From the NCBI GenBank assembly GCA_022824615.1, contig JAJDZM010000225.1, forward strand, positions 1 to 59,474: a DNA stretch of 59,474 bases, read 5' to 3'. This DNA comes from Candidatus Binatia bacterium. GTDB lineage: Bacteria > Desulfobacterota > Binatia > Bin18. The position numbers and the translations under genes are program-made. Shown one piece after another: positions 9,669-18,901 of the stretch (within the stretch, counting starts at the first letter, position 1; every line of letters starts with the position of its first letter). The notes below the pieces were generated by a model that was not told the DNA's origin, made no database searches, and saw only the letters and a list, made by a program, of their open reading frames with translations.

Positions 9669-10001
9669 CTACCAAGTGGTGATGCACTCCACATGGTCCA
9701 GGCAGACCGCCACCAGGACAGTCACGCGCCGCCCAGCAACCTTGCGACGCATCTTTATCCGCCAATCGCCATATTCATCCTGGTTGGCGCGTCCGATGGG
9801 TCTCCCATCACGCAAGACCTCCAAAACCGACCGCATATCGATCTCTCGTTCTAACATGCGCTCCTGAAAATGCGGTTCACCCATACGAACATTCAGACTA
9901 TCTGCCACAGATAACGTCCTCACACGCTCTGCCAGAACGTCTACTGAAGGCTCCTGCTTCTTCCGCCGCCTCTTGTGAATCGACACAACCTCCGCACCCA
10001 T
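9669..10001 (-). CDS. DUF4258-like putative toxin
   Basis: HFQERMLEREI...VLEVLRDG...C-terminal ITTW pattern; toxin-first arrangement with the HTH gene. Confidence 0.65.
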   Translation of the reverse strand: MGAEVVSIHKRRRKKQEPSVDVLAERVRTLSVADSLNVRMGEPHFQERMLEREIDMRSVLEVLRDGRPIGRANQDEYGDWRIKMRRKVAGRRVTVLVAVCLDHVECITTW

Positions 10002-10003
10002 TA

Positions 10004-10026
10004 CAACCTACCAATATGGTAGGTTG
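10004..10026. promoter_or_regulatory. Palindromic operator of the TA-like operon
   Basis: CAACCTACCA-ata-TGGTAGGTTG with perfect 10-bp arms. It overlaps the -10 of a minus-strand TTGACA(10040-10035)-N16-CATATT promoter and ends 2 nt before ATG 10001. Confidence 0.7.
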
Positions 10027-10067
10027 AGTTTCGCTGTCAAGGGGAGATTAGAGCGGACAAAACACGC

Positions 10068-10096
10068 TTGACATCTTCCCTTGTCCTTCTTACTCT
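10068..10096 (+). promoter_or_regulatory. Sigma70-type promoter for the plus-strand passenger ORF
   Basis: TTGACA-N17-TACTCT. Confidence 0.5.
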
Positions 10097-10240
10097 GCCA
10101 GTCGTCTTCATCATGTAAGTGACCCGCGTGTTGGGTCGCTTGCTGAATACAACAGAATCTAGTTGTATGGGAGTCATGACCCGTACACTCGAATAGGTGA
10201 AACCTCGCATTTACATTGAGGTGCATCTGGAGCCGAGGCA

Positions 10241-10639
10241 ATGACCGCAGAGGAGCGTGCTGTGCGCTTCCAGGCGGGCGTTAAATGCTGGAAAGGAATG
10301 TCGGAGGAAAATTGTCAGCGACGGATTGAAACAGCGGTACGACATTGGAGGGCAAAAAAGGCATACGAGCGTCGTAAAGCGGAACTGGATAAGCTGGAGC
10401 GTACTGCATCACGATTATCATTTATTGTGGTGTCGCACTCCCCATATCCCGACGTGTGCCAAACTGTTCAGGAGTGCAATGAGAAGGCAGAGGAAATGAT
10501 GGCCGATGTGCGCCAAGCGAAGAAGGAAAACTGGATACAATATCAACGCGCTATTGGGAAAGAGATTCCCAAAGAATCAACTATCGTGGAAGATTACTTT
10601 AGAGCCAAAGGCTGGATTAAAGAAGGAGCAAAGCAATGA
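10241..10639 (+). CDS. Hypothetical protein (IS passenger)
   Basis: 132-aa charged, helical-looking ORF with a GAGG RBS; no recognised motif. Confidence 0.5.
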   Translation: MTAEERAVRFQAGVKCWKGMSEENCQRRIETAVRHWRAKKAYERRKAELDKLERTASRLSFIVVSHSPYPDVCQTVQECNEKAEEMMADVRQAKKENWIQYQRAIGKEIPKESTIVEDYFRAKGWIKEGAKQ

Positions 10640-10644
10640 GTGAA

Positions 10645-10812
10645 TCACTTGCGCCCATGACGCTTCCGAGGTCCTTTCGCTGTATGAATCATCACCGTTT
10701 TCCGTGCAGAAGCAGGACTCTCTGACACCTGTCCCGTTGCGATCTTCGCAACCTGTACAGCGGCTGCTGTATCACTGGCTGGGCGTTTCTGACCTTGCGG
10801 CCCTGTTGGCAT
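10645..10812 (-). CDS. Small basic protein at the IS end (MPTGPQGQKRPA... type)
   Basis: 55 aa with a GAGG RBS; resembles the MPxGPxGxKRPxD...IATG small proteins I recall near the ends of this IS1 subgroup. Confidence 0.6.
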   Translation of the reverse strand: MPTGPQGQKRPASDTAAAVQVAKIATGQVSESPASARKTVMIHTAKGPRKRHGRK

Positions 10813-10871
10813 GGTTGCACCTCTCTGGCTTTGAAGTATGCATAGGAGGGAGAGGCAATGCAAGGGTGCAG

Positions 10872-10892
10872 ATTTCAAATTGACGCACTACC
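10872..10892 (-). repeat. Terminal inverted repeat (right)
   Basis: ATTTCAAATTGACGCACTACC, exact reverse complement of 8241..8261. Confidence 0.93.
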
Positions 10893-10953
10893 CAGGCGGT
10901 CTGGAACAATAACCAGCCTCACTTTTCCGTGGCGAAGGTCATTCCTGGGCTAC

Positions 10954-11685
10954 TTACCGAATAACCTGTAAACGCTTAACAAAGGCCGCGTGCTCAGGCG
11001 TCTCGACTCCTGTCTGGAGTTCGGCTAAGACTTGCTCTACATCCCCAGCCAGCAACGCTTCAACAGCGAGACGCAGGCCGGGGAAAATCCGGCTGTGGAG
11101 CAGGCCGGCGGTATCCGGCGTCAGCGGCCGGTATTCATCGTCTATCAGCATAAACCAGTCGAGTTGTTTCTCGTACACCCGCCAGACCAGATATTCTTGC
11201 ACGCCGTTGCGCCGGTAGGCCCGCAGCTTGTCATGCAGATCGTAGGCCGCGCTGCTGGCCGCAATTTCAACGATCAACTCCGGCGCTCCCTCAACGTAGT
11301 CGTCCTCGCTCAAACGAGAACGACCACCGGCTTGCGGCTCAATACGCAGCAGTGCGTCGGGTTGAGGTTCGTTGTCCAAGTCCAGACGAACCGTGGCATT
11401 ATCAGCTACCCGAACCCCCGAGGTGAAGGCGCAGTAGGTCCCAAGCCAAGTCAGAACGGCGACATGAGGTTCTCCGTGACCGGCAAAATGGACGGGTGAC
11501 GGCATGTAGACGACTCCCTCAATTAATTCGGCCTTTTTGATATCCAACCGAGCAGTATAGCGACGTTCAAACTCACGCCGGGTGAGTCGGTCGCCGTTTT
11601 CTAGCGGAAGTGGGCGCACTCCAGACAGAGGGTCAGATGTGCTTGTGGAAATAGCAGGGTTGCCCTGAACATTATGGACAGTCAT
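10954..11685 (-). CDS. Uma2 family endonuclease-like protein
   Basis: LENGDRL, AELIEGVVYM, PQPD, PELIVEIA and GVQEYLVW motifs. Confidence 0.9.
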   Translation of the reverse strand: MTVHNVQGNPAISTSTSDPLSGVRPLPLENGDRLTRREFERRYTARLDIKKAELIEGVVYMPSPVHFAGHGEPHVAVLTWLGTYCAFTSGVRVADNATVRLDLDNEPQPDALLRIEPQAGGRSRLSEDDYVEGAPELIVEIAASSAAYDLHDKLRAYRRNGVQEYLVWRVYEKQLDWFMLIDDEYRPLTPDTAGLLHSRIFPGLRLAVEALLAGDVEQVLAELQTGVETPEHAAFVKRLQVIR

Positions 11686-11834
11686 ATGGACATGCCTCCG
11701 AAACGTTCTATTGTCATCCTTGTATCATATCGGATGGACCGGGACGACATCGCTTTTTCGCCAGGAGCCGCCTTGCCGACCGCCTAGGGAAAGCGCTAGG
11801 CTACAGAGATCAACACCATACGGGAGGGCGTAGT

Positions 11835-12017
11835 ATGAAAGTGAACTGGGACGAGGAAGTCTGTACGCATTCGGCAAATTGTGTGAAGAGCCTGCCGCAA
11901 GTCTTCAAGGTCGAAGGCGGAGAATTCGTGATTGACCCCAGCGCGGCGCCAGAGGACGAGGTCCGGGCCGTTGTTGCCAAATGCCCGTCAGGGGCGCTGA
12001 GCGTGCAGGAAGATTAA
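11835..12017 (+). CDS. Small divergent 4Fe-4S protein (YjdI/Fer4_19-like)
   Basis: CTHSANCV...P.VF...CPSGAL; GGAGG RBS. Confidence 0.8.
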   Translation: MKVNWDEEVCTHSANCVKSLPQVFKVEGGEFVIDPSAAPEDEVRAVVAKCPSGALSVQED

Positions 12018-12051
12018 AGCGGGATAGGGCCGTTTTTCGGCGGCTGCTGGT

Positions 12052-12618
12052 ATGTCACAAACCTCAACGCCGCATATATTTCTCAACGGCCGTGTTTCCG
12101 TCCTGGTGGGTGACATTACCCAACAGCGGGTCGCTGCGGTGGTGAATGCGGCCAACGCAAGTCTGCTGGGTGGTGGGGGTGTGGACGGTGCTATTCATCG
12201 GGCGGGCGGGCCGGATATTCTCGCGGCCTGTCAGGAACTGCGGCGGACCCGTTATCCTGACGGACTGCCCACAGGCGAAGCCGTCCTCACCACAGCCGGC
12301 CGCCTGCCGGCCCGGCATGTGATTCATACGGTCGGGCCGGTCTATGGCGCTGCCGGAGAACAGGCGGAAGGTCTGCTCACTGTCTGTTATCGCAATTCTC
12401 TCTCGCTCGCCGTACAGCATAAGCTGACGACAGTGGCTTTCCCGGCCATCTCCACCGGTGTGTACGGCTATCCGCGTGAGGAGGCTGCGGCCGTTGCCTC
12501 GCGGGCCATTACCGACTTCTTGGCTACCGACTCTCCTATCACAGAAGTCCGTTTGGTGTTCTTCGCCCAGCAAGATGCAGACGTTTTCATCATGCACCAC
12601 ATATTTCCGGCTGCATAA
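12052..12618 (+). CDS. ymdB: Macrodomain O-acetyl-ADP-ribose deacetylase
   Basis: GDIT, VNAAN..LLGGGGVDGAIH, VIHTVGP and AFPAISTGVYGYP motifs. Confidence 0.9.
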   Translation: MSQTSTPHIFLNGRVSVLVGDITQQRVAAVVNAANASLLGGGGVDGAIHRAGGPDILAACQELRRTRYPDGLPTGEAVLTTAGRLPARHVIHTVGPVYGAAGEQAEGLLTVCYRNSLSLAVQHKLTTVAFPAISTGVYGYPREEAAAVASRAITDFLATDSPITEVRLVFFAQQDADVFIMHHIFPAA

Positions 12619-12702
12619 GAATCAGCCCACCCCGTTCTCCGCGCCCTCTCCCCTTCTCGTACCGAGTATGGTAGGGCTGGCTGCTCTGAAAGGGAGGGAC
12701 GT

Positions 12703-14049
12703 ATGTCGAGAGGGCAGACTGCTGCGAGCCTCATGCGCTGGTTCTGGGGAATACTTGTCTTGGGTTGCTGGCTGGGGGTGACTCCGGTTTCGGCTGAGGA
12801 CGACGAGCGCCGGACCTGGCGCACGCTGGACGAACTTTCCGCAGAAGAACTCGCCCGTTTCGACTTTTCAACGGACACGCCCCGTCACGCCGATATTCCG
12901 TATATGCCGGCGGAAGCCTATCCTTTCGAGCCACCCTATACGCCCGAAGAGGTTGGCTATCGGATCATGGAGTTCCCGCATATGCCCCGCTGGAACTGCG
13001 TTCAGATTGAAGACACGGGAACACTTACCCCGACCGGCTACCTCTTTGTCCAACAGATTATCGCCCTGGTGCATTATCGCGACCCGGAAGGACTGATGGG
13101 TCAGATTCTGGCCAAGCCAGGGGAAGTCTACTCGCGCTGGCTCACCCAGGATGTCGCTCCCCCGGAAAACTACGGTAATCAGATGCTCTTCAGTACGTTC
13201 CGGACCGATCAACACCTGACCAAAAAAGCGGACCTGTTTGGCTATTCCCTGAGCATGCGCCGGGTGCGTCGTTTTCCCCAGCCGCGGCGACAGGAAAAAT
13301 TTCCAAACGCGCCCATGGCCTATGACGATTTCTTGGGCCGTGACGCCTGGGAGTTCTCCTGGCGTATTGTGGGGACCGATGTGCTCTACAAAACCGCGCG
13401 CTTTCCAAAGACGCGCCAGTCGATCACGCTTCAGAGCGAGGACGGCACTTTTCAGGACGTACCGGCCAGCGCCATAAAACTGATGGGCGATGACTATCCG
13501 TTTTATACCGAAGATAACGGCGTCAAATGCTATCTGGTCGAGGCCATAGCCAAGTCGGATTGGTTGCCCGATTACTATGCGCCCCGGATTCTGTTCTGGG
13601 CGGACCAGCACTATTTCTATCCGTTGCGGACCGAAATCTACAGTAAGAACGGAGAGCCGGTTATGATAGAAGAGCGCGTGGCCAAGCTGATGAACCCACG
13701 CCTCAAGGAGCGCGGCTATCATAACCTGATCACGCTGTGGTGGGACCCGCAGCAGGACTTTTACTCATACGGCATCCACGACGCCATGCAGCTCCGGGAC
13801 TGGTCACAAGCGGATAAGGACGTGTTCTTTAACCCGGACTTCATGCGCCGCACCTGGTTTCCGGCACCGCTCAAGACGCAAGCCGGGATCAGTGTCCCCG
13901 AGGAGTTTTTCCTCCGACCCCAACTCCATCGCGGCAAGTTTCCCGAAGAGCGCAGCCTTGTCCTGCCAACCTACCTCGAAGAGAGAATTCAGGCCCAGGA
14001 GGACGCCGGCTATATTGTCTTTACCGGAGAGACGAACGGAGCGGAGTAG
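12703..14049 (+). CDS. Secreted DUF1329/LolA-like protein
   Basis: Signal peptide; SMRRVRRF..P, YDDFLG and CYLVEA..K patterns recall the DUF1329 family. Confidence 0.6.
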   Translation: MSRGQTAASLMRWFWGILVLGCWLGVTPVSAEDDERRTWRTLDELSAEELARFDFSTDTPRHADIPYMPAEAYPFEPPYTPEEVGYRIMEFPHMPRWNCVQIEDTGTLTPTGYLFVQQIIALVHYRDPEGLMGQILAKPGEVYSRWLTQDVAPPENYGNQMLFSTFRTDQHLTKKADLFGYSLSMRRVRRFPQPRRQEKFPNAPMAYDDFLGRDAWEFSWRIVGTDVLYKTARFPKTRQSITLQSEDGTFQDVPASAIKLMGDDYPFYTEDNGVKCYLVEAIAKSDWLPDYYAPRILFWADQHYFYPLRTEIYSKNGEPVMIEERVAKLMNPRLKERGYHNLITLWWDPQQDFYSYGIHDAMQLRDWSQADKDVFFNPDFMRRTWFPAPLKTQAGISVPEEFFLRPQLHRGKFPEERSLVLPTYLEERIQAQEDAGYIVFTGETNGAE

Positions 14050-14053
14050 GACC

Positions 14054-14083
14054 GGAAGGACGATCCTCTCGGACCGTCCTTCC
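14054..14083. terminator. Hairpin between convergent genes
   Basis: GGAAGGACG...CGTCCTTCC 9-bp arms between stops at 14049 and 14104. Confidence 0.55.
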
Positions 14084-14103
14084 TAAAGAAATCCTGTGGC
14101 CTT

Positions 14104-16404
14104 CTACGCTCCACCTGATCCGTTGGTCCCAGGTGAGCCGTTGGTTCCGTTGCCGCGCGTAGCCCAGAAAATCCGCTCGGGATTCATGGGCAGCTCGTAT
14201 AGCCGGGTACCGGTAGCACGGTAGATTGCATTGGCCAGGGCTGCGCCCGGTGGCACGATGGGCACTTCGCCTACGCCGCGCAGACCGTAGGGGCCTTCAG
14301 AGGCCGGGACTTCGGTCAGGACGGTTTCGATCATGGGCAGGTCCAGCGCCACCGGACAGCGATAGTCCAGCAGGCTGGCATTTTTCAGCTCGCCGTTATC
14401 AAAGATATATTCCTCATTCAGAGCCCAGCCGATGCCCTGCACAGCTCCCCCCTGGATCTGACCTTCAACCTGGGTTGGATTGATGGCCTTGCCCACATCC
14501 TGGAAGCAGGTATAGCGCAGGATGGTCACCTTGCCCGTCTCTGGGTCGATCTCAACATCCGCGACATGGGCGGCATAGGCGTGGGCCGGCTGCATCCGGG
14601 TGGTGCTGCCCTTGCCGATGATCGGGCCGCTGCCCCAGGCCACACTCTCGCGGGCCAGTTCGGACAGGCTGACTTCGTTCCGGGTATCATTCTTGGCCCG
14701 GAACCGTTTAGCCTGATACTCGACCTCATCGACCGACACCTTGAGCTTTTCCGCGGCCCGCTCTTTGAGTTGGGTCAATACATCCTGACTGGCCTGGTGG
14801 GCGGCGGCACTCATTGTGTAGGTAATTCGACTGCCGCCGCTCAGGTCGGCAAACGGCGCGCTGTCGGTATCACCCACTGTGATAGTGATATCTTGGGGAT
14901 CAAGCTGGAGTTCATCGGCCACCATCTGGGAAATCGTGGTACGGGTGCCGGTCAGGTCCACGGTCCCTACAAAAATCGAGGCGGTGGCGTCCGGGTTGAT
15001 CTTGACCTCAGCACTCGATGTGAAAGAGCCGCCGATCCAGTAACCCAGGGCCAGACCCCGGCCGCGGTGGGGGCCCTCCAGCGGCGTGGTCCAGCACGGA
15101 TGCGTCTCGATCTGTTTCAGCATCTCGGTCAGGCCGATACGGTTGAGCGGCATACCCAGGGGCAACGTATCGCCTTCTTCGGCGGCGTTTTTCTGACGGA
15201 ACGTCAGCGGGTCGACGCCGATCTCGTCCGCCAGGGCATCCATCAGCGCTTCAACTGCAAAGGCCGCTGGTGTGCCGCCAGGGGCGCGGTAGGCTTGAAC
15301 ACGGGGCTTGTTGGTCAGTACGTCAAACCCTTCGGCAACCATATTATCCAATTTATACGGGGCGAGACCAACCAGCAGGCCGCGGGCGACCGGTGAGCCG
15401 GGAAAGGCACCGGCATCGTAGCGCATGGTCGTCGTCAGCGCGGTAATCTTCCCGTCCTTGGTCGCGCCGGCCTTCACGGTGATGACCGCGGGTGCCCCTG
15501 GGCCGGTTGCGCGCAGCACTTCTTCCCGGGAGACCACGAGTTTGACCGGCCGGCTGGTCTTTTGGGCCAGTACAATAGCGGTGGGTTCAAACAGCGCCAG
15601 GGCTTTGCCGCCAAATCCGCCTCCGATCTCCATGGGTACGACCTTGAGTTGGCTGGCGGGGAGACCGAGCAGGGTCACGAGCTGGGTGCGGACGGTGAAA
15701 TGTCCCTGGGCCGAGGTCCACAAGGTGACCCGGCCGTTGGGCTCGACCCGCGCGGCGCAGGCCTGGGGTTCCAGATAGCCCTGGTGGACCATCTGGGTCG
15801 TATACGTTTTCTCAACAACCGCGTCGGCCACGGTGAACCCGGCCTCAACATCGCCCCGGGTATAGACCATATGGGTGGAAACATTACTCGGCTGGTCGGA
15901 CCTTTCCTGGGTTGCCTCTTCGAGTGTGTGCAGGTCTTCGTGCACGAGCGGGGCGTCAGGCTGCATGGCCTGGAGGACGTCTTCCACGACCGGCAGGGGT
16001 TCGTAGTCAACGTCAACCAGTCCGGCCGCTTCCTCGGCAATAAACGGGTCGGTGGCGGCCACCGCGGCCACGACCTGACCGTGATAGCGAACCTTGTCCG
16101 AGGCCATGACGATCTCGCGGATGGCGCTCATATCGATACTGACTTCTCCCACCAGGGGGGCGGTGGCGCCTTTTGGCAGAGAGGGCAGATCGTGCGCGGT
16201 AATGACGGCTTTCACGCCGGGCAGCGCTTTGGCCCGGCTGGTATCAATATGTTTGATGCGAGCGTGGGCATGCGGGCTACGGACGAGCTTCGCCCACAGC
16301 ATGCCGGGCAGGTCGAGGTCGGCCCCATAGGTCGCCTTGCCCGTGACCCGCTCCGGGGCGTCAACCTTGGCCAAAGACGTTCCAATCACACTATACTCAG
16401 CCAT
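14104..16404 (-). CDS. Xanthine dehydrogenase family molybdopterin-binding (large) subunit
   Basis: KVDAPERVTG, HQGYLEP, IGGGFGGK, AYRAPG, GGSR, GQIQGG and GVGE motifs. Confidence 0.92.
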   Translation of the reverse strand: MAEYSVIGTSLAKVDAPERVTGKATYGADLDLPGMLWAKLVRSPHAHARIKHIDTSRAKALPGVKAVITAHDLPSLPKGATAPLVGEVSIDMSAIREIVMASDKVRYHGQVVAAVAATDPFIAEEAAGLVDVDYEPLPVVEDVLQAMQPDAPLVHEDLHTLEEATQERSDQPSNVSTHMVYTRGDVEAGFTVADAVVEKTYTTQMVHQGYLEPQACAARVEPNGRVTLWTSAQGHFTVRTQLVTLLGLPASQLKVVPMEIGGGFGGKALALFEPTAIVLAQKTSRPVKLVVSREEVLRATGPGAPAVITVKAGATKDGKITALTTTMRYDAGAFPGSPVARGLLVGLAPYKLDNMVAEGFDVLTNKPRVQAYRAPGGTPAAFAVEALMDALADEIGVDPLTFRQKNAAEEGDTLPLGMPLNRIGLTEMLKQIETHPCWTTPLEGPHRGRGLALGYWIGGSFTSSAEVKINPDATASIFVGTVDLTGTRTTISQMVADELQLDPQDITITVGDTDSAPFADLSGGSRITYTMSAAAHQASQDVLTQLKERAAEKLKVSVDEVEYQAKRFRAKNDTRNEVSLSELARESVAWGSGPIIGKGSTTRMQPAHAYAAHVADVEIDPETGKVTILRYTCFQDVGKAINPTQVEGQIQGGAVQGIGWALNEEYIFDNGELKNASLLDYRCPVALDLPMIETVLTEVPASEGPYGLRGVGEVPIVPPGAALANAIYRATGTRLYELPMNPERIFWATRGNGTNGSPGTNGSGGA

Positions 16405-16415
16405 GCTGTCCCTCC

Positions 16416-16892
16416 TTAGGCGGTTTGTGAAAGCGCCTGTGACGCGGCCTGAATGGCGCGCACGATTTTGTCATAGCCCGTGCAGCGGCACAGGTTGCCG
16501 GAAATCGCCAGACGAATCTCGGGTTCGCTCGGGTTGGGGTTGCGCTCCAATAATGCCTTGGCCGACATGATAAAGCCCGGCGTACAAAACCCGCACTGCA
16601 ACGCCCCGTGTTCAATAAAGGCCTGCTGTACGGGGTGAAGGGTGCCCTCAGCCGCAACCCCTTCGACCGTGGTCACGTCCGCGCCCGCGGCTTCTACGGC
16701 GAACACCAGGCAGGCATTGACGACAGCGCCGTTCAAGACGACCGTACACGCCCCGCAGTTGCCATTGCCGCAGCCTTCCTTGGGCCCCATATGGCCCAGC
16801 TTGTAGCGTAGGGTGTCCAGCAGCGTTTCCCGGGTATCGACCAGCGCGGCGTGCGGCTCGCCGTTGACGTTCAGTTCAATCGCCTGCTTCAT
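16416..16892 (-). CDS. Xanthine dehydrogenase family 2Fe-2S (small) subunit
   Basis: KEGCGNGNCGACTV, QCGFCTPG and GNLCRCTGY motifs. Confidence 0.93.
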   Translation of the reverse strand: MKQAIELNVNGEPHAALVDTRETLLDTLRYKLGHMGPKEGCGNGNCGACTVVLNGAVVNACLVFAVEAAGADVTTVEGVAAEGTLHPVQQAFIEHGALQCGFCTPGFIMSAKALLERNPNPSEPEIRLAISGNLCRCTGYDKIVRAIQAASQALSQTA

Positions 16893-17764
16893 GATGCCTC
16901 TCCCTTGGCTCTCTCCAGTGCCTTGCCCAGCGTGCGCCGCGTCAGCACTTTGACCAATTCAATCCGATAGGCTGCCGAGCCACGCACATCGGAGATCGGA
17001 CTGGCAGCCTGGGAGGCCAACTCCCCGGCCTGGGCAATCGTTGTGTCGTCCAGAGACTGGCCCGCTAAAAACGCTTCGGCTTCTTTTGCTCGGACGGGAG
17101 TGGGCGCAACCGCAGCGAGCACGATACGGGCCTGCTCACAGGTACGAGTGTCCGGGCTGAGCTGGACAAACGAGCCCACCCCAGCCACCGCAATATCCAT
17201 CTCTTCGCGCGGGATAAAACGCAGATAGGCCGCCCCGGAATGGGGTGGGGGGGGTGGCAGGACAATCTCGACCAGGACTTCACCTTTTTCCAGTACGGTC
17301 TGGCCCGGTCCGACAAAGAAGTCTTCTGACGGAATCTCCCGCCGTCCGCCTGGTCCGGCAATCACCAGCGTCGCTCCATACGACACCGCCGGCGGAACGG
17401 CATCTGCGGATGGAGCAGCGTTGCAAAAGTTGCCGCCCAGCGTAGCGCGGTTCTGTATTTGATACGAGCCGATCAGGGCGCAGGCCTCGGCCAGGGCCGG
17501 GTAGTGGACACGCACCGGCTCGAACTCGGCGATCTGCGTACACGACACGGCCGCACCAATGTGGAGCCCGGCCTCGTAGGAGAGGACATTGAGCTCGGGA
17601 ATTTTTTTGACATCAACCACCAGAGCCGGGCTGTGGCGGTTCTCCTTCATCTGGGTAATGAGGTCGGTTCCGCCCGCCAGGGGCCGCGCCTCATCACTCG
17701 CCTCGGCCAGCAATGCCACGGCGTCTTGTAGATTCTGCGGAGCTGCGTACTCGAATGCGTCCAC
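16889..17764 (-). CDS. Xanthine dehydrogenase family FAD-binding (medium) subunit
   Basis: AGGTDL, QIQNRATLGGN and DVRGSAAYR motifs. Start moved to GTG 17764 (RBS AAGGAGG). Confidence 0.9.
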   Translation of the reverse strand: MDAFEYAAPQNLQDAVALLAEASDEARPLAGGTDLITQMKENRHSPALVVDVKKIPELNVLSYEAGLHIGAAVSCTQIAEFEPVRVHYPALAEACALIGSYQIQNRATLGGNFCNAAPSADAVPPAVSYGATLVIAGPGGRREIPSEDFFVGPGQTVLEKGEVLVEIVLPPPPPHSGAAYLRFIPREEMDIAVAGVGSFVQLSPDTRTCEQARIVLAAVAPTPVRAKEAEAFLAGQSLDDTTIAQAGELASQAASPISDVRGSAAYRIELVKVLTRRTLGKALERAKGEAS

Positions 17765-18073
17765 ACTCAGGCCCTCCTTCTCCTTGGACACCAGTACTCC
17801 TATCTCTTGAAGCAGGCGGAGATCAAGGGTAAAGGGCCAGCGGGAGGGGTTGCACAGAAAGGGGCGGCTTCGGAGTGGTCTTGGAGTCAGCACCAAAAAA
17901 ATCGATGAACGGAGGGACGCTGGCCCGGACACACTCGTGCACCGATGCAGAACGCCTGCTACTATCCGTGGGGATCGGCAGGACCGGTCCGGTTCGCCTT
18001 CACCGGATTTCTTCTGCCGGCGGCGGCGTCCGCCCCGGTTCGCTCGTATCGAAGACCATCCGCAGGAGCGGTC

Positions 18074-18829
18074 ATGCCGCCGGATCGAGCCATTGCGTTA
18101 TTCTACGAGCTGTTCAGTGGGCTGCCCCGGCAGGGACCGGGGACAGCGGCGAGCACGCGTCGAGCCCTCGGGCTGGTGCCGGACGTCGGGCCGCGGACCC
18201 GCGTGCTCGATGTCGGCTGCGGCACCGGTGCCCAGACCTTGGTTCTGGCGGACAGCTCGCCGTCACGCATCGTCGCCGTCGACAACCACCCCCCGTTCAT
18301 CGACGCGCTGAACCGCAAGGCGCACGAGTTGGGCATCGCCGATCGACTGGAAGCTCGCGTGGCGGACATGCGCCGACTCGACTTCGCCGCGGGTTCCTTC
18401 GACCTGCTCTGGTGCGAAGGCGCCATCTACAACATGGGTGTCGAAGCGGGCTTGCGCGCCTGGCGCCGGTTGCTCCGACGCAACGGGCATGTCGCGCTGA
18501 CAGAGGTGTCCTGGCGCAAGCCCGAACCGCCCGCCGCATGCGCAGCGTTCTGGAACCTGGAGTATCCGGCTATCCGCGACACCTCCGCGCTCCTGGAAGC
18601 CATCGAAGCGTGTGGCTATGAGACGGTCGGGCACTTTCCGCTCCCCGCGTCCGCATGGTGGGACGACTACTATCGACCACTGCAAGACAACGTGACCGCA
18701 TTCCGCAAGCGTCACCACGACGCGCCAGACGCACAGGCGTTGGCGGAACGGTGCCAGAGGGAAATAGATATCTGGCATGCCTACTCGGAGTTCTACGGCT
18801 ACGAGTTCTTTGTGCTCCGTGCCCGTTGA
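18074..18829 (+). CDS. Class I SAM-dependent methyltransferase
   Basis: LPRQGPG, VLDVGCGTG and FDLLWCEGAIY motifs; ATG 18074 has an AGGAG RBS. Confidence 0.88.
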   Translation: MPPDRAIALFYELFSGLPRQGPGTAASTRRALGLVPDVGPRTRVLDVGCGTGAQTLVLADSSPSRIVAVDNHPPFIDALNRKAHELGIADRLEARVADMRRLDFAAGSFDLLWCEGAIYNMGVEAGLRAWRRLLRRNGHVALTEVSWRKPEPPAACAAFWNLEYPAIRDTSALLEAIEACGYETVGHFPLPASAWWDDYYRPLQDNVTAFRKRHHDAPDAQALAERCQREIDIWHAYSEFYGYEFFVLRAR

Positions 18830-18901
18830 ATCGATCCCAACGCGCCCGGGTCGACCGCTACGCGGCGTGACGACAGCGCACAGCGCGGCCCGGGCGCTCG
18901 C

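Larger units (their letters stand above)
8241..10892. mobile_element. IS1-family insertion sequence with passenger genes (2652 bp)
   Basis: Perfect 21-bp terminal inverted repeats; IS1-type DDE transposase whose stop codon lies inside the left repeat; four passenger ORFs. Confidence 0.88.

Noticed and set aside
8233-10900. Perfect target-site duplication for the IS
   Set aside because: The flanks CGGTCGGT and CAGGCGGT match at only 6 of 8 positions, so no clean duplication can be claimed.
14104-17764. Aerobic CO dehydrogenase (coxMSL)
   Set aside because: The active-site loop is AYRAPG, not AYxCSFR (form I) or AYRGAGR (form II).
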